64,000 nucleotides of DNA from contig OZ287753.1 in assembly GCA_965649765.1 (NCBI GenBank), positions 68,262,001-68,326,000 of the forward strand, given 5' to 3'. The notes under the pieces were generated by a model that worked only from the letters and a program-made list of their open reading frames with translations, made no database searches and was not told where the DNA came from. Positions within the stretch are counted from its first letter, which is position 1; each line of letters begins with the position of its first letter. Origin of the DNA: Bispira polyomma (Eukaryota). Made by a program: the position numbers and the translations under genes. This document shows, one piece after another, positions 26,657 to 40,564 of this stretch.

Positions 26657-29603
26657 GGCTAGGAGTAATGGCACAAGATATGCCAAAAAACGGTCCACAT
26701 GCCAGAAATGGGTTCAGAATTGTAAATTGGGATTTAAAATTGGTACCTACTGCCAACTGACTGTTTTGTTTTGCTGGGGGCCTATGGCTTCGAGGGGGGT
26801 TGGTTCTTGGTCATTTATAATTTAAAATTAATTCTCATTGTAAGGCCATTATAGCTTGGTGACTATGTGGTAATTAATTGGGATACAATAGACCATTTCT
26901 TCTCCAATGTACAAATCAGGGCTTTTGACACTATCTGTAAATCTCTATTAATGCTTCATCAAACACCAGTGTAGAGGTGTTTTCAAATACCAGATCCGGT
27001 TACAGCAGAGTAGGGACTGTGGTGTGTCAAGCTAATGGTTGATTTGATTAAGACTTTAATCCATATCAAGTAACAAGAATCTCTCATAAATTGAGGGCCA
27101 CAATTAAAATACCAATTAAAGTTAGATCTTCACAAAGAAATCAAAATGATGTAGTTTCCCCCCAAAAACACAGCTGACCCATAGAGTGGAATTTAAAAGT
27201 AAGCTTTGTGTGATTGAAATTCATTTTATTAGTTTATATTTAGTAAAAACCATGTGCTTTTTGTTACACAGTCATATTTAAAATAATGATTTTATGAAGA
27301 GCTATTTTTTTTTCTCAGAGAATTATATTTTTTTTTTAGATTTTTAAGTCACTGTCCTGAATTTGCTTCAGTAAATCACCAAGGGGTGAAATACGAATGA
27401 TATTGTTATATCTATTTTAAACTTTCATTAGGGATTTCGTTTGTTTTAACTGTACTGATTTTAACTGAGACAGTAAAGTAAATGTTGACACTGGAGGAGT
27501 TTGGACTTTTGTGTGTGCAGCTGTATTAATACTAATTGTAACAGCCACAGTAATCAACAACCACAAATCAACGAAATGTGTTATATTAAGCATAGAATGA
27601 GCAGCAGAAAGTAAATGCACTAATGGATTAAAAGCAAAATAATTTTACAATTTTGAATGTTCAAACTGGTATAAAATTCCAAATTTTGCAAAAGGGGAAG
27701 TATAAAGTAAATGAAGGATATAAAATGTTTACATTCACCGTATCCAATTTGTCTAGGCACTACATTTTTCTTTGGAATTAAAAAAAAAAATTACATCAGC
27801 GATTTTTTTTTTTAATTCTACTTTGTCCACAAAATGGCAGGTGGCAACCTACTACGAGTGGAATTTGTGCATGATACTTAAAATCATCTGAAGTAAAAGT
27901 AAACTTACATTTAACCATGTAGGGGTTTGTTTTTTTTAGCTTAAAATCTATTGCTTACAGAATCCGAATAATTTGCTCCATGCCATTCACACAGAAAATA
28001 ACATCATTAATCTGCACGATTGTACATTTTAAAATGTTAACAAACATGATTTGCAGCAGGTTTTTTACACAAGACTGAAGACAAGTGCATAAAATGTCTG
28101 CTGAGTCCAATTTCAGATTTGGACGAGTGTCAGGTGCAGGGGCCAGCCTTAGTAATTTAATCTATCCTTAAAAAAAACTCCTTTAATCTACACATAAAAG
28201 GTCTAAAAAAGAGATGACTGCTCAGGTAATATTAAAGTGAAGTTAGCTATTGTTGAAAACAAACATAAATTGCATTGAAATCTAATGTTATAAGTGTGTA
28301 ACCCCTCTAGGAAGGAAATTGAAATAACTTGAAGAGAAAAGAGAAAGGCTTAGTCATTTGTGGCCTTTTAACGTTAGTTTTTACATTTTATATGAATTGG
28401 CATTTCTATTTAAAAGTGAAATTTACGAGGGCTATCTTTTATTTCATTACAATGCATCATATTTAATACATTTCAATGCTGTATTTAGGCCAATGTATAT
28501 TGCTTAATTTTTTTATTGATTAAAATTATTATAATTTTAAGGTTAACCATAACTCCTTCTTTACTGTTATACTGAGTTTTTCTCTTCTGTTGTTTTTTTT
28601 CCAGTATCACTTATTGATATAGTAAATCAACTGTCCCTTTGTCAATATTTGTAAAATAAAGATGCAGTCTTTGATCAAAAGAAGCACCTGTCAATATTGA
28701 GCTTCCCTGCCCATGAAACTGGCTGGTGACTGGGTTTTAATGATCAACATCAACGGTGCAGCCCAAACTTGTGTCTATGTAATCATCTTGTACAAAACTA
28801 GAACAATACCACGAGATTGAAAGTGTTCAGTTACAAAAGGGTTTCTTTGGTTGAACAGAGGACTATAAGGGAGAAGGGGGGGTTGAATGAGTGGGCGATA
28901 ATACAGGCCGTATCAATAAAAAACTAATACAATTGAGCAGACGACCATTTGACTTCAAAGAATACTCATTAATTTACCAGAAAAGAACTTTCATGGTACA
29001 CTAGACATAACATTAATAATTACTTTTCCCTTTTATTGAAGATAAACAGAACCCTACTGGTGTTTTGGGACCAGTAAAGTAAACCCAATCAAAATATCAC
29101 TGATTAGGTTTTTCTATTCAAATCAAACACTGCACACGCATGCGTTGGGATACACCTCTTTAATTATGAAACAAGCTGGGTTATTTTCCTTCATTCAGAC
29201 GATATTGATTTTTTTTATTTAAATTTCAGCATGAACAACTAAGCCATGTAAGGGCGAATATCCAAAAGGTTTGCAGGAAATATGACTGATATTAATGGGC
29301 TATCCACGAGTTTGCAGGGGATCAACTCTAATAGCTAGCTCAGTGATTGTCACATCTCAAAGTGGCACGTGTCCTCAATTAACTCCCAGTCCACGCAGAG
29401 CCAGGAAGACAGGACAATTAACCACTACGGGGATCATCGCCTCCCGTTCCTAGACTCTCACTGAGCATTTGATTCAATCTGACAGTGTTTGGCATTATGA
29501 AAAATCGTTCTATCGGGGCGACATTAAACAGAGGGTGAATATGACCTGGCCATGAAATCTGTAATGAGCAATTACTGTCAACGGCTTAAGGAAGGCTGAC
29601 CCC

Positions 29604-29628
29604 CACTACTACTACTACTACTACTACT
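29604..29628. repeat. (ACT)n microsatellite
   Basis: Seen directly. Confidence 0.95.
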
Positions 29629-32600
29629 CTTAGCTAACCAACATATCCATAAGGGCTCAAGTAAATCTACACTGAAAAACTCAAATAAATTGACACCTTT
29701 TACTAATGAGAGAGCTAAAAGGCCGTACTTTGCCAATATGAAAATAGATGAACTCAGAGCCTTTTGGAAATTTAGTTTTACTCCATTTAGCAGCCCTAGT
29801 CTCCAGGAGTCAGTTACCCAGGTGTGTTAATTTCCATCTCCATTGAAAGTGTATTCTTCTGCCATGCTGTTTTATACCCAGACAATGGACCCTGTCTGAG
29901 GGGGTTGAGATTTACTGTTTTACTTTCCGTGCTTCCTAAAAGATCTGTTTTTTTACTTCTATATAGGCCTAGTCTTAGGTGTGTTTGTTTTTTTTTAAAT
30001 TAAAGTTTAAATATATATATCTAATAAGAACTACACAAGTTTCAGTGCATATTTTTGAAATTCTTAAAAAAAAAATCACATTTGTATTCAAAATATATTT
30101 AATGGATAACAACACCAAGTTTACCCACTGTGTTTTATAATAATCTCGGTCACCATTTGTGAAAGACCAGGTTATAGACCAAACGAAATGTGGCTGAGAA
30201 TTTGATGGATAACGGGATATAGGTGTTTTATATATCTAGACATGCACCCAGTGAGTGACAGTGGTGTGATTGATGGCTATGTAGGGGGAAATGAGCCTTT
30301 TCTACTGTATAACACCTATGGGCTGGAAACATCAAATACCCAGACCATCTGTGAGGGGTTTAGGAGTTACCTAAAACCTGCAGGTTTCACCTTGCGTTGA
30401 AGTTGCCTCTCAGCATTATTTCTTCAGCACATATGTCAAAGATTATATTTGTTTGATATAAAATAACCACTAGAAGAGAATAGTGGAAGATAAGAACTGC
30501 TGAATTTTAAAAAAAAGGTGAAATGCTTTCATTTTTATAAATTTATTGGGTGTTGTTGTTTGTTTTTCCACTACAAAACAGGTACCTACTTTGACTGTCC
30601 TGGTTGGAATATATGTCCTGGTAGTTCCATGTGGACCCTGTTCTTTAGATGTTCCACACCTGACCCTACTGTAGTGATATCAAACAAACAGTTGCTTCTT
30701 GTAACACATCATTAAGCAGTAACTAAAATAAAAACACTATACCAACTTATTTTGCAAAAGACATTTATATTACCTATATGGATAGTGAACTCCCTGAAGG
30801 TGTAAATATTGTTTCTCTTAAAATAACTAAATAAGTAAAATAAGTAAATCATATGTTGGCTAATAATCGCGTGTGTGTCATAACTGTGTTTGGCCAATTA
30901 TTGTAATTATGTGCATGTAATTGGCACATTGAGACATGTCTTGTCTGTTAACCTTATTTGCTGTGTATATATTCTTATAAATCTATGAGGTTCAAATTAA
31001 GTTTACTGTAGAGACGATTTAGGTCTATATGACACCATTATTGTGGTCATGTGACATTGTGATATTTAAGAACTTTCAGGTTTGATTTCAATTAGCCATA
31101 TGATAAACTGTGTACAAACGACAATAGAAAATGACAGTAGTTTTTATAGTGATTAATGATACAAGCCAAGTTTAACTGGCCCATATGATCTAGATGTTAA
31201 AGTAAACATGACTCAGGTATGCAATGCAAACCAAGAAGCAGTAAAAAAAAAACCTGTTTACTTGTTAAAGTCACCTATTAGTAATATGTTGTCAAAAAAA
31301 TTAGATACTATAAATAATAAGGGTCGAATAAAGGAAACATGTGGTTCTAATTTCCCTACTTGGAGGGGAAAAGGGTCGGGTATGGTTTGCTAAATTGGCA
31401 TGAATGAAACTACTATTAACCAGAAGTTTTGTCACACTGTTTCTTCCAGCATTTAGTTGAGTAAAAAGTAAAAGACATAAATAATTGTTTTAAATTCACT
31501 AGATTTCTGTCATCGTACACTCTACCAATATGGTTATGGATTACTAGTTATTTGATCCAATATATAATATATTGACCTTATCATCAATCAGTTTTAAGAT
31601 ATAATTCTAATTTTAGATTTTTCTTTAAACCATCCTCAGATAGTACTTCTAATGGGTAAGTAATATTGTTGATATGTTAGTAAAACCCTCTGGGTGTAGG
31701 GGGGGCCCCAGTACTTCTCACCCTTGTCCATCTCACTCGACCCTGCATGATGAGACTTTAGTTGACATATAAGTAGGTGAATAAGGACTTTCTCTGCTCA
31801 CTTTTGTCATATTAAAACACACTCTAACTCACACGTCAGTGTGTGACACTGTTGTATATTGAAATCAACAAATATTGATACTGTATATGTTATCCTATAA
31901 TATATTAAAACCTTTGTGTGACTTTCGGACTACCACATATTTTAAAATAAATATTTTTGAGGCAAAATATGTCATGCCAAATACTAAATAAGGAATGCAG
32001 ATGAGCATTTGTTTTACTTGGGCTCTTCCCACGGGGGGGATCAACTCATTCATGTCAAAATTTCAACATTGATCAAATTCCTAGTGACCATTTGATGTCA
32101 GGTCTTGTTTTAAACTCATGCAATCGTATCAGTGCCCCGAGGGTCGTAGCTGTCAAAGGCTTTACCATGATCTATAAATGTTTTAAGGCCACCGTAATGT
32201 AACACAATTCTTCCTATTTTAGACATACTTATAGGTGGAACAATAATGTAATGTATAGATAATATTTAGATCTTTATAATTAAGAAGTGACATCTAACCA
32301 TTTGTTAGCTACTGAAATATCAGACATACCATTGCTGGAGATATGTTGGGAAACCATAAATGATCCATGTCACACCATCCCTTTATGCTATTATTTGTAA
32401 ACCTAATGCCTAATAGAAAATCCCCCCAAAATGGCATTAAGATGGGTTTTGATGAGAAAGTGTGTGTTATATTACAATAAATATTGGATGTTAAAGATTT
32501 AAAAAGAGAAAACAATGCTGTATTTAAACCAGTTTTACAGCCTACTCAGAGTCATTTGCCAATACAGTTTACTGTCTACTGGGGCGGAAAATGCTGACAA

Positions 32601-33199
32601 ATCACATGTCTCTAGTGGGGTAGAGAGAGAGAAATAGTTTTCCCCCCCCAGGGGATTTAAAACCACAGAGATGCACTGCACTCTTTTGGCTGGGCTATAT
32701 ATGTATCGCCAAGGATGTGCTGCTCTAATAGAAACAAGAGTTGTCTTTTATAAAAGGACATATTGGCTGAAGTGTTAAATACACTAACATGGATATGGCC
32801 ACCAGATACTATGGCAAATCTGACAGGCCTCAGTTTGGACGGGTCGATAGCTTCCAACCGGTGAATCCGTGAAGGCCTTACATATAATTTCTCAGATGGC
32901 TGCGCCTGATAAAATAACCATATCCCCCCCCCCCTAATACATGTGACTCATCTTATTACACCAGTTTTTATGTTATTTTTATTCCATCAAAAATGCTTCC
33001 TCACAAAATATGAAAAATGTTGTCATTACAATATTTGTATTGCTGTCTCAACAATTACAAATATTTCATCATTACAACAATGAGATGATTTTAATTGCAT
33101 GCATATGTTATCATTAAAAAAATGAGATAGATTTTTATTTCAGTATCAAAATATGACTAGGGTTAGTCAGCATTATATTGTTTCTACTTTGAAAAGGGA

Positions 33200-33360
33200 G
33201 CGACTGGCCATGTTGGAAAGCACCGCCATGTTGAGAATAATAATATGTAAGGCCTTCATGGATTGGTTGAAAGCAATCGATCTGGTTAAACTCAGGGGGT
33301 GTTAGATTAATATTTCTCCCACTGTGTGCCTGTGTCTTTTTTTAAAAAAGACAACCTTTG
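33200..33360 (+). repeat. YY1-motif dispersed repeat, copy 2 (uninterrupted)
   Basis: Aligns to 58595-58980 once the SINE A insertion there is removed. Confidence 0.8.
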
Positions 33361-34839
33361 TTTCTATTATGGAGGAGGAAGTGGGAGAGGCATCATTTAA
33401 AACGTTCTTAATTCACATATATTTTGGTTGCAACAAATGAAAGTGCTTCCCCACATTGCCTAATAATTCCCAATGTTCTCATACAATATGACATAGGAGA
33501 GATATATTCCCTTTAGCACTAATTGTATTCATAACATCACGAATCATTCTTCACATGCTCCTCAACATAGCTCAACATAGCTCCTTATCTGCTATAAGTA
33601 ACTGTCCGTAAAGCCATTTTTCAGGTAATCTTGTTTTGTTTTTCTTTTGATGTAGAGAGATGCAATAGTAGTAGTTATGTTATATATAACATAGTGCAGC
33701 CTTTGTAAACCAATAAAGTCAAGTAAACACTTACAAAGACATACACACACAAAGCTCTGACGTCAACACAACAAAAAATAAAGGCACTTTCTGCTTATCA
33801 AGTGGTCACTTTCAGAGAGTACCCATTTTTTCATACATTTAGTTTTACACATCCATTGTCAGACCCTGAGGTATTTTTTCCTCCTTATACAAAGAAGTAA
33901 TCAAGAGAGGTCTGTCCAAGTGGACAATTGTTGTATGTGTTCTTACTATATTTATTTATATCTCCACTTGACTATTATTGTTTTTATTGTATCTCTTACT
34001 TCTATTAAAATGTTGACTTTTGTCTGAAAGAGGATATCTACCTATAAATTGTGGACTTAGGTCATATTGACACTGTATGTACAGGATTGGTGGTAACTTT
34101 GCTGTTATTTTTTGTCTTAACAATGTAATATATAACATATAGTGAGTGCAAGTATAAAAAAAGACTAACATTTTATCCCTTGGACAGTTAACAAAATTTT
34201 ACTACTCAAAGTCATTGCCAACTCCATGACTCATTTTTGTTTAAGTCATTCTATTTTGACCTTGACCGTTCAACTACCAGAAATAGTCTTAGTTTGTAAA
34301 CTTCTACGATTTAACTTTCATTTTTAGCATGAATTTAAGGACCCAGTTCTCAAGACTGGCACTCTCTACTGGTTCAACTGCCATTAAAAACACAGTGGTC
34401 ACCACTAGTCACTGTAATATAAAATTTGTAAGATAACACTGTAAGATAACATTTGAGCAAGAAGGATTACCAATAGTTCCTTATACCAATAGTACCTTAT
34501 AAGGCTAAACTTCCTTTATTTTTTCAGTTTCATGTCACTTTCAGCAACTCTGTATTATAATCGCAAGAAGGCTGTTTATTGATGGACAAATGCCCCAACC
34601 CTTCATCAAGTCCATTGCTAATTTTTCTATGTATGCATCAGTGCTGAGAGTCAAACTTTGATTGCTGAGGTGGGCAATCTATGCCAATGATTTTCGTTTC
34701 CATATTCAATTGCAAAAAGAAACCTCAGGTTACTGCTGCATGTCTGTATCCATGATGGCAGGAACTGAGATGGTTTAGGTAAGTACTTGTAGCCAACAGA
34801 ACATATTGATTACAGCCTTGACATAATATGCTATGTTAT

Positions 34840-35095
34840 GGTATTTTATTATGTATACTTATTAAAGAGCTTGGTTTATGTGAAGCATCGCCTAAAGTGC
34901 AACAACAGAATCGATAGATCAATAGTGTAGTCCAAAAACATAGTCAGGTTGTATAAACAGGGTATAGAGGTATATATGGGAGGGAATTAGGGGGTTAAGA
35001 TAGTTTGAACATGTAGGTTTTAAGTTTCATCGTTAAGCTCGGACTGTGTTTCGAGTGATCAAAACTTAACTGGGAGACTATTCCATACTAAAAGT
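34840..35095 (-). mobile_element. L2 LINE 3' end, possibly extending to ~35400
   Basis: Reverse complement reads LVWNSLPVK..KLKTYMFKLS*. Tail GTTGCACTTTAGGCGATGC..AAGCTCTTTAA. Confidence 0.7.
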
Positions 35096-35761
35096 GGTAC
35101 TTATCCTTTGTGTAATTTATAATTGTAGTCTGTGAACTAACAAAAGTTAAAAACAACCTATAAGCAATATATTTCTTAGCACATATAAGCAGTAAGATGT
35201 ACCAGATATAACTAAGTCTTCTGCTGAAGGATCCTGTAGTTAAGACCATATTTACATGTCACTGAAAAGGTATTAACCTATCTCAGCAGTGAGACACTAT
35301 ATTGGCTTAACGAAAACTATTAAAATAGGTAGCTATTGCAGTAATAAGCATTAGGATAACTGTTATCAGTATTTAACCCATCACAACACCATGTAAATGG
35401 TTTGACCATAGTCAAACTACCAGTCTATAGAAATAGAAGTCTTTTAGGGTTATAAATGAAGGCCTTGGGAGGAAGATATGACTGTTGACAAAGGCTTTAC
35501 AATAATGACATTATTATGCAATACCATTGACATCTCTCTCCAATTGTAGCTATATTTATATTCTGTTCAAGCCTGATGATTGCAAGCATTCGCTTACACT
35601 AATTTTAAACTAATTTTCTAGCAATAAATCACAGTATGATGAAAACAATTATAAGTAAACCCCAAAATAGGTGAAATATTAAAATGCATTTTGTTAAGTT
35701 TCGAAGCAAATTTATACATGTACTAACTACATGTACTGCCATCCCCTAGTCAATCCAGATG

Positions 35762-36075
35762 GGTGGTGGTGGCCTTGTGGTTAGAAGTGCATGCTTTACA
35801 ATCACTGGTCTCTCAAAAATGAATGTCCACCCTTGAAATAAGGCCTGTCTGAAGCGTCTTAGTCCGAAACGTCCTAGGCTGAAACGTCCGTGTCCGAAAC
35901 GTCCGTCCACCCTCAAAAATGCGGGTTCGAATCCCATTTTCTGTTCCTTTATGTGGGAAAGTATATTAGGTACTTGCCATATGCTGGTGGTTTAGAGTAG
36001 TTCAGCACCGGTTTCTTCCAGCATTAAATCTTGTCCTCGTAATATGACCTAAGCTGTTGAAAGTGACATAAATTG
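35762..36075 (+). mobile_element. SINE family B with a 100-bp insertion in its tRNA head
   Basis: TGGCCTTGTGG A box, GGTTCGAATCC B box and family B tail. Insert at 35822-35921. Confidence 0.85.
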
Positions 36076-37287
36076 CAAGCCAAGCTATTCTTTAAAACAT
36101 TATAATAACTTGTCTTTTAACTCAAACATAAAAAAGTATTATTGACATCAACATTAAAAGTTTGCTTCAATTTTAATTTTAGCACCCAGAATTTAGCTAA
36201 ATTAATAGAAGCAAGTATACTATTCCATATACAAGCTCTTCTACGAGCTCTTTACTCTTGATATTGAGTTTGGCTTGGTTATTTTTCTGTTGTTTTGTCA
36301 AAATAATAAAATAAGCCCATTAAGTCAGGACACGAACACAAGCAGGTTGACTTTCTGAAATTTATAAATATATCTACCACAGTGTGAGTGTGTGAGTGCA
36401 AACAAGATATTTACATCAGTGTTTGTTCAGTGTGTGGATAACTATGTCAACAAATTAATGATGACAAACAAATATCTCAGTTTACCCTCAAAAAACCTGT
36501 TTAAAGCTATGTGTATTTTTATATCAATTATGTCTAATATAAAAACTACAGAGGGTTTTTTTCAGTGCTGAATTATGATTAGATATAGACAGAAAAAAAT
36601 AAGTTATTTTAACAAATACTTCCTCTGGTATGCTTATGCAAACAACATTTTTGATCTGGTGTATCAAACTTTCAAAAAGGAAAACAGTGATACAAATATC
36701 AAACATCTTATTATCTACGCCTACTTATCTAAATTATATAAACAAGAATTTCACAGTTAATTAACGTTTTCCGTTATTTAGCCCCACAAAAAGAATATTT
36801 TCTATTTTGTTTTTTGAAAAATTTAATAATATCAACAAAACCCAAGAATATTAATAAGGGGGAGGGGTAGATCAATTACTGACGCGTGCCTCGACCAGTA
36901 AAGTGTACTTGAAATATTTATAAAGTACATCTAGCCACAAATTACTGTGAATCTAGAATGTATAATATGGAAGTAGTAGATTCTAGGGGTTAGATGTACA
37001 TTTAGGAAAACTGTTCTTGTTTTGTTTGGGGTTTTATCATAAGATTCTTTGGGGCATAAAAAACTATGAAGAATTTACCCGCCGTCTGTTTTTTTAAAAA
37101 TACTAGAAAATTGGTAATGACAACACACAAGAAGAATTTCAAATATACAATCAATTTAGGATTTTCCTTTTAACCTTTTATAATACAAAACATTACCATA
37201 ACATTTTCAGTTTGTCCTGTGGTCGTTTTTTGTCGTTGCTAACCTTGCTTGGGGGCCCGAAAAAGGCTAAATAAGAATAGCCTTTAA

Positions 37288-38929
37288 AAAAAGGCAGTTC
37301 GGAGGCAGGTACAGGCCACTTTATGTAAGTCTATTATACACTAACACTTTTGCCGGTCATTTCAGGTTCCGAGTGACATTTTGAGCATTAGTAGTAACCA
37401 TTTCGCTTAGTGATTTGACCTACCTTCTAAGTAGCTCAGCTGTGACGTGTTACTGGACACGAGAATCCCAGAAGTTAAAAAGGTGTGTTAGCTTCTTGTA
37501 CTTGAAGTAAGGTATACCTACATTACTTAATTCTTCCATTTTTCTTATAAAATAAACTTCCACCTATACAAGAGAAATATATTAACCATAAATATCAGAA
37601 CCGTTTAACATTAACCACGATAAAACAAGATGTATGTTTTCATAAATATTATCAATAAATCTGCACACACCCCTACATAGTTAGACGTGTCATACAACAT
37701 GGCAGCTGCCCCCTCCTTCACCCACTAACAATCTTATTAGAAGGTTTTTGACCCCCCAAAAATTTATCCATATATATGTAGGTTTTAGCAGGAGCAAGTC
37801 TATTAATATGCTTTAATTACTTAATAACAAGATATATTAAATGGGCCCAAAATGTTGATTTTTCGATACATACATCTCAATGTCTTGTCTTGTATTCAGG
37901 TTGTGTTAATAGATTGGGCTACAAAATACAAATGTTTAAATGTCTGGCCCCACCAAGAAACTTACCATATCTCACCAGACAGATAGCAAGTTAACCTGTA
38001 ACAGGAGGGTTTGATAAATGATGTTATTGTTTGTGTCAGTTTAGTTGTAAGTATTCGCCTTTGTTACGGTCTTCTCTCTGTTGCAAAAATTAGATTGAAT
38101 TTGTATTGCATGACCAGCTTCTGTCACAGTCTGTTATAACATCACTGGGGCATGTGAAAAAGGGGGCGTGGTGGTCTCACCATTTAAAAGCAAAATTAAT
38201 GGTGTCCAAAAACTGAAAAAAAACTGTTGAAAGGAGAAATAATTGGTCTTATAAAGCATTCACTATACTTTATATTACCTGTAATAGTTTCTCTAGAGAT
38301 GTATTGGTGTTTGTAAACAATTTAAACAACAATAATAAGGGCTTCTTTCTCACTACATTGTTTGGGAAATGGCTATGGGCTGTTTTGAAATGGCCCAAAG
38401 AGTTCAATTAGTGACATACGGCCAATGAGATAGAAGGATAAGTTTTTTTACAGTACTGGCATTTTGCTTGGACAAAAAATGAAGTAGTGATAGAAAAACC
38501 CAACAATTCAGGAAGTATCTAAGTGAGTTATCTGTTCAAGTAACACATCTTCTAAGACAAGTTTCCTTGCAACACTGTGTGGCCTAAGTGGGTGACATAC
38601 TTGCTTTGCAGCGTAGAAGATAAGAGCCGGTTTCAAACCCAAGCCCAGGGCATAAATATGTTGGAGCCTGTAGGAAGTAATTAGTCATATGTATAACACA
38701 ATGTTAAAAAATATAGATCTATCTAAAAAAATCTAAAGTATGTCAGTATAATAAAAAAGTTGGTCTATCTATATAAAATCTTAAGTATGGTTATTTTTCA
38801 ATTTCATTCCAATCTTAAGTTTGGCTAGTTTTCCTGGCCAATCTTAAGATAGGCTACCAAACTTAGAATCCTAAGTTAGTGTATGATAGACTTACATAAA
38901 GTGGCCTGTACCTCCCTCCGAATAATCTT
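37288..38929. mobile_element. 1.64-kb non-autonomous TIR DNA transposon flanked by TTAA (Kolobok-like), copy 1
   Basis: ~55-bp TIRs at 37291-37346 and 38875-38929. TTAA at 37284 and 38930. No ORF. Confidence 0.8.
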
Positions 38930-38933
38930 TTAA

Positions 38934-39524
38934 AAAGGCAGTTTCGAGGGAGGTACAGGCCACTTTATGTAAGTCTATCATACACTAACACTTTTGCGGG
39001 TCATTTCAGGTTCTGAGTGACATTCCGAGCTTTAGTAGTAACCATTTTGCTCAGTGATTTGACCTATCTTCTAAGTAGCTCAGCTGTGACGTGTTACTGG
39101 ACATGAGAATCCCAGAAGTTAAAAAGGTGTGTTAGCTTCTTGTACTTGAAACAAGGTATTAGTACATCAATTAATTCTTCCATTTTTCTTATAAAATAAA
39201 CTTCCACCTTTTCAAGAGAAATATATTAACCATAAATATCAGACCCACTTAACATTAACCACGATAAAACAAGATGTATGTTTTCAAAAATATTATCAAT
39301 AAATCTGCAAACACCCCTACATAGTTAGACACGTCATACAACATGGCAGCTGCCCCCTCCTTCACCCACTAACAATCTTATTAGAAGGATTTTGACCCCA
39401 AAAAAATTATCCATATATATGTAGGTTTTAGTAGGAGCAAGTCTATTAATATGCTTTAATTACTTAATAACAAGAAATATTGAATGGGCCCAAAATGTTG
39501 ATTTTTCGATACATACATCTCAAT
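38934..39524. mobile_element. Tandem truncated copy 2 of the same TIR element
   Basis: Direct repeat of 37290-37881 with scattered substitutions. Shares the TTAA with copy 1. Confidence 0.9.
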
Positions 39525-39730
39525 AACACTAGGAGGTTTAAATTTGAACCAATTTAAATATAATTTGATGGAGAGCTTGCACATGTTTAGGGGAAGAATC
39601 AGATCAATTTTGGAGCTTTTCCGGGTAGACTGGGGGATCCAGAAATTGTTGACAATATTTTAGAGTTTTAAGTTTTAGACAATGTTTCACTTTGGCAGCG
39701 GTATGCACTCTTCTGAGGGGCCTTCTAGCT
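39520..39730 (+). mobile_element. Helentron/HINE-like non-autonomous element, 3' part
   Basis: Ends TTGGCAGCGGTATGCACTCTTCTGAGGGGCCTTCTAG, resembling typical termini of these elements. Confidence 0.55.
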
Positions 39731-40564
39731 ACTGAAAGTTGTTACTGATATGACTCATATTTCACTGGAGTAATGCTCTCCAGAGAAAAGGTATGAAAAA
39801 CTGCTGAAACATCTGTTAATTCAAAAGATTAACTGAAGATTAAACTAACAGACCCTCTTAACCTAAAAAAAAAGGATGCATACTATATGAATCCTAAAAA
39901 AACCAACTGGAAGCTATATAGTCATGTAACAGTTATAAAAACTATAGATTCAACTTTTAATTCTATCAAGAGAGTTTCAGTTTCATTTTTCTAAAATGGT
40001 GGTTAGTATTTTTAGTTTTATTATTTATTTATAAACAATAAATGTGTTGTACATGTGCTAGGCTCCAACTTTCAAGAAACATAATCTTGAGTTCTAGATT
40101 ACTCAAACTTATAGGCAAAAAGTTTGGAGATGTCTGCTCTATCTTTTTCTTTGAGTGGTCTTGATATTTGCAAACTACCACTTGGGACCTTATATATAGA
40201 TTCTGTGCATGCAATACCATGACACTTTTACTGGGTTTTCTTGACATTAACTATTTTTTTACTTGAAATTGATCCTAACAGACAGCAAACAGTTATAAAC
40301 TTTTTGACTGTGTTGATCCTTTCTATTTCTTATGCCCATTACATGCATACGTAGAAATAGATATAAGGGATTAGACAGCCAATATTGTCCCTTTTTTTAT
40401 AAGTTATTTATACTGTTTCAGTGAAAGCAATAGTTGTTTTTTATGTTTCATAGTTGACATGCCTCAAAACGGCTTAGTGAGCCCACATATACTGCCTGAT
40501 TGCTGTCTTTTAACAGGCTTTCTAGGGCACACAGAATTTTAGTCTCTAATACTAGACCCAGTAA

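Noticed and set aside
38576-38654. tRNA gene; similar heads at 20838-20895 and in the SINEs
   Set aside because: Only degenerate A/B boxes and no intact cloverleaf, so these are SINE-head remnants.
37288-39524. Penelope pseudo-LTR or retrozyme arrangement
   Set aside because: No hammerhead core was found, and TIRs plus TTAA explain the structure better.
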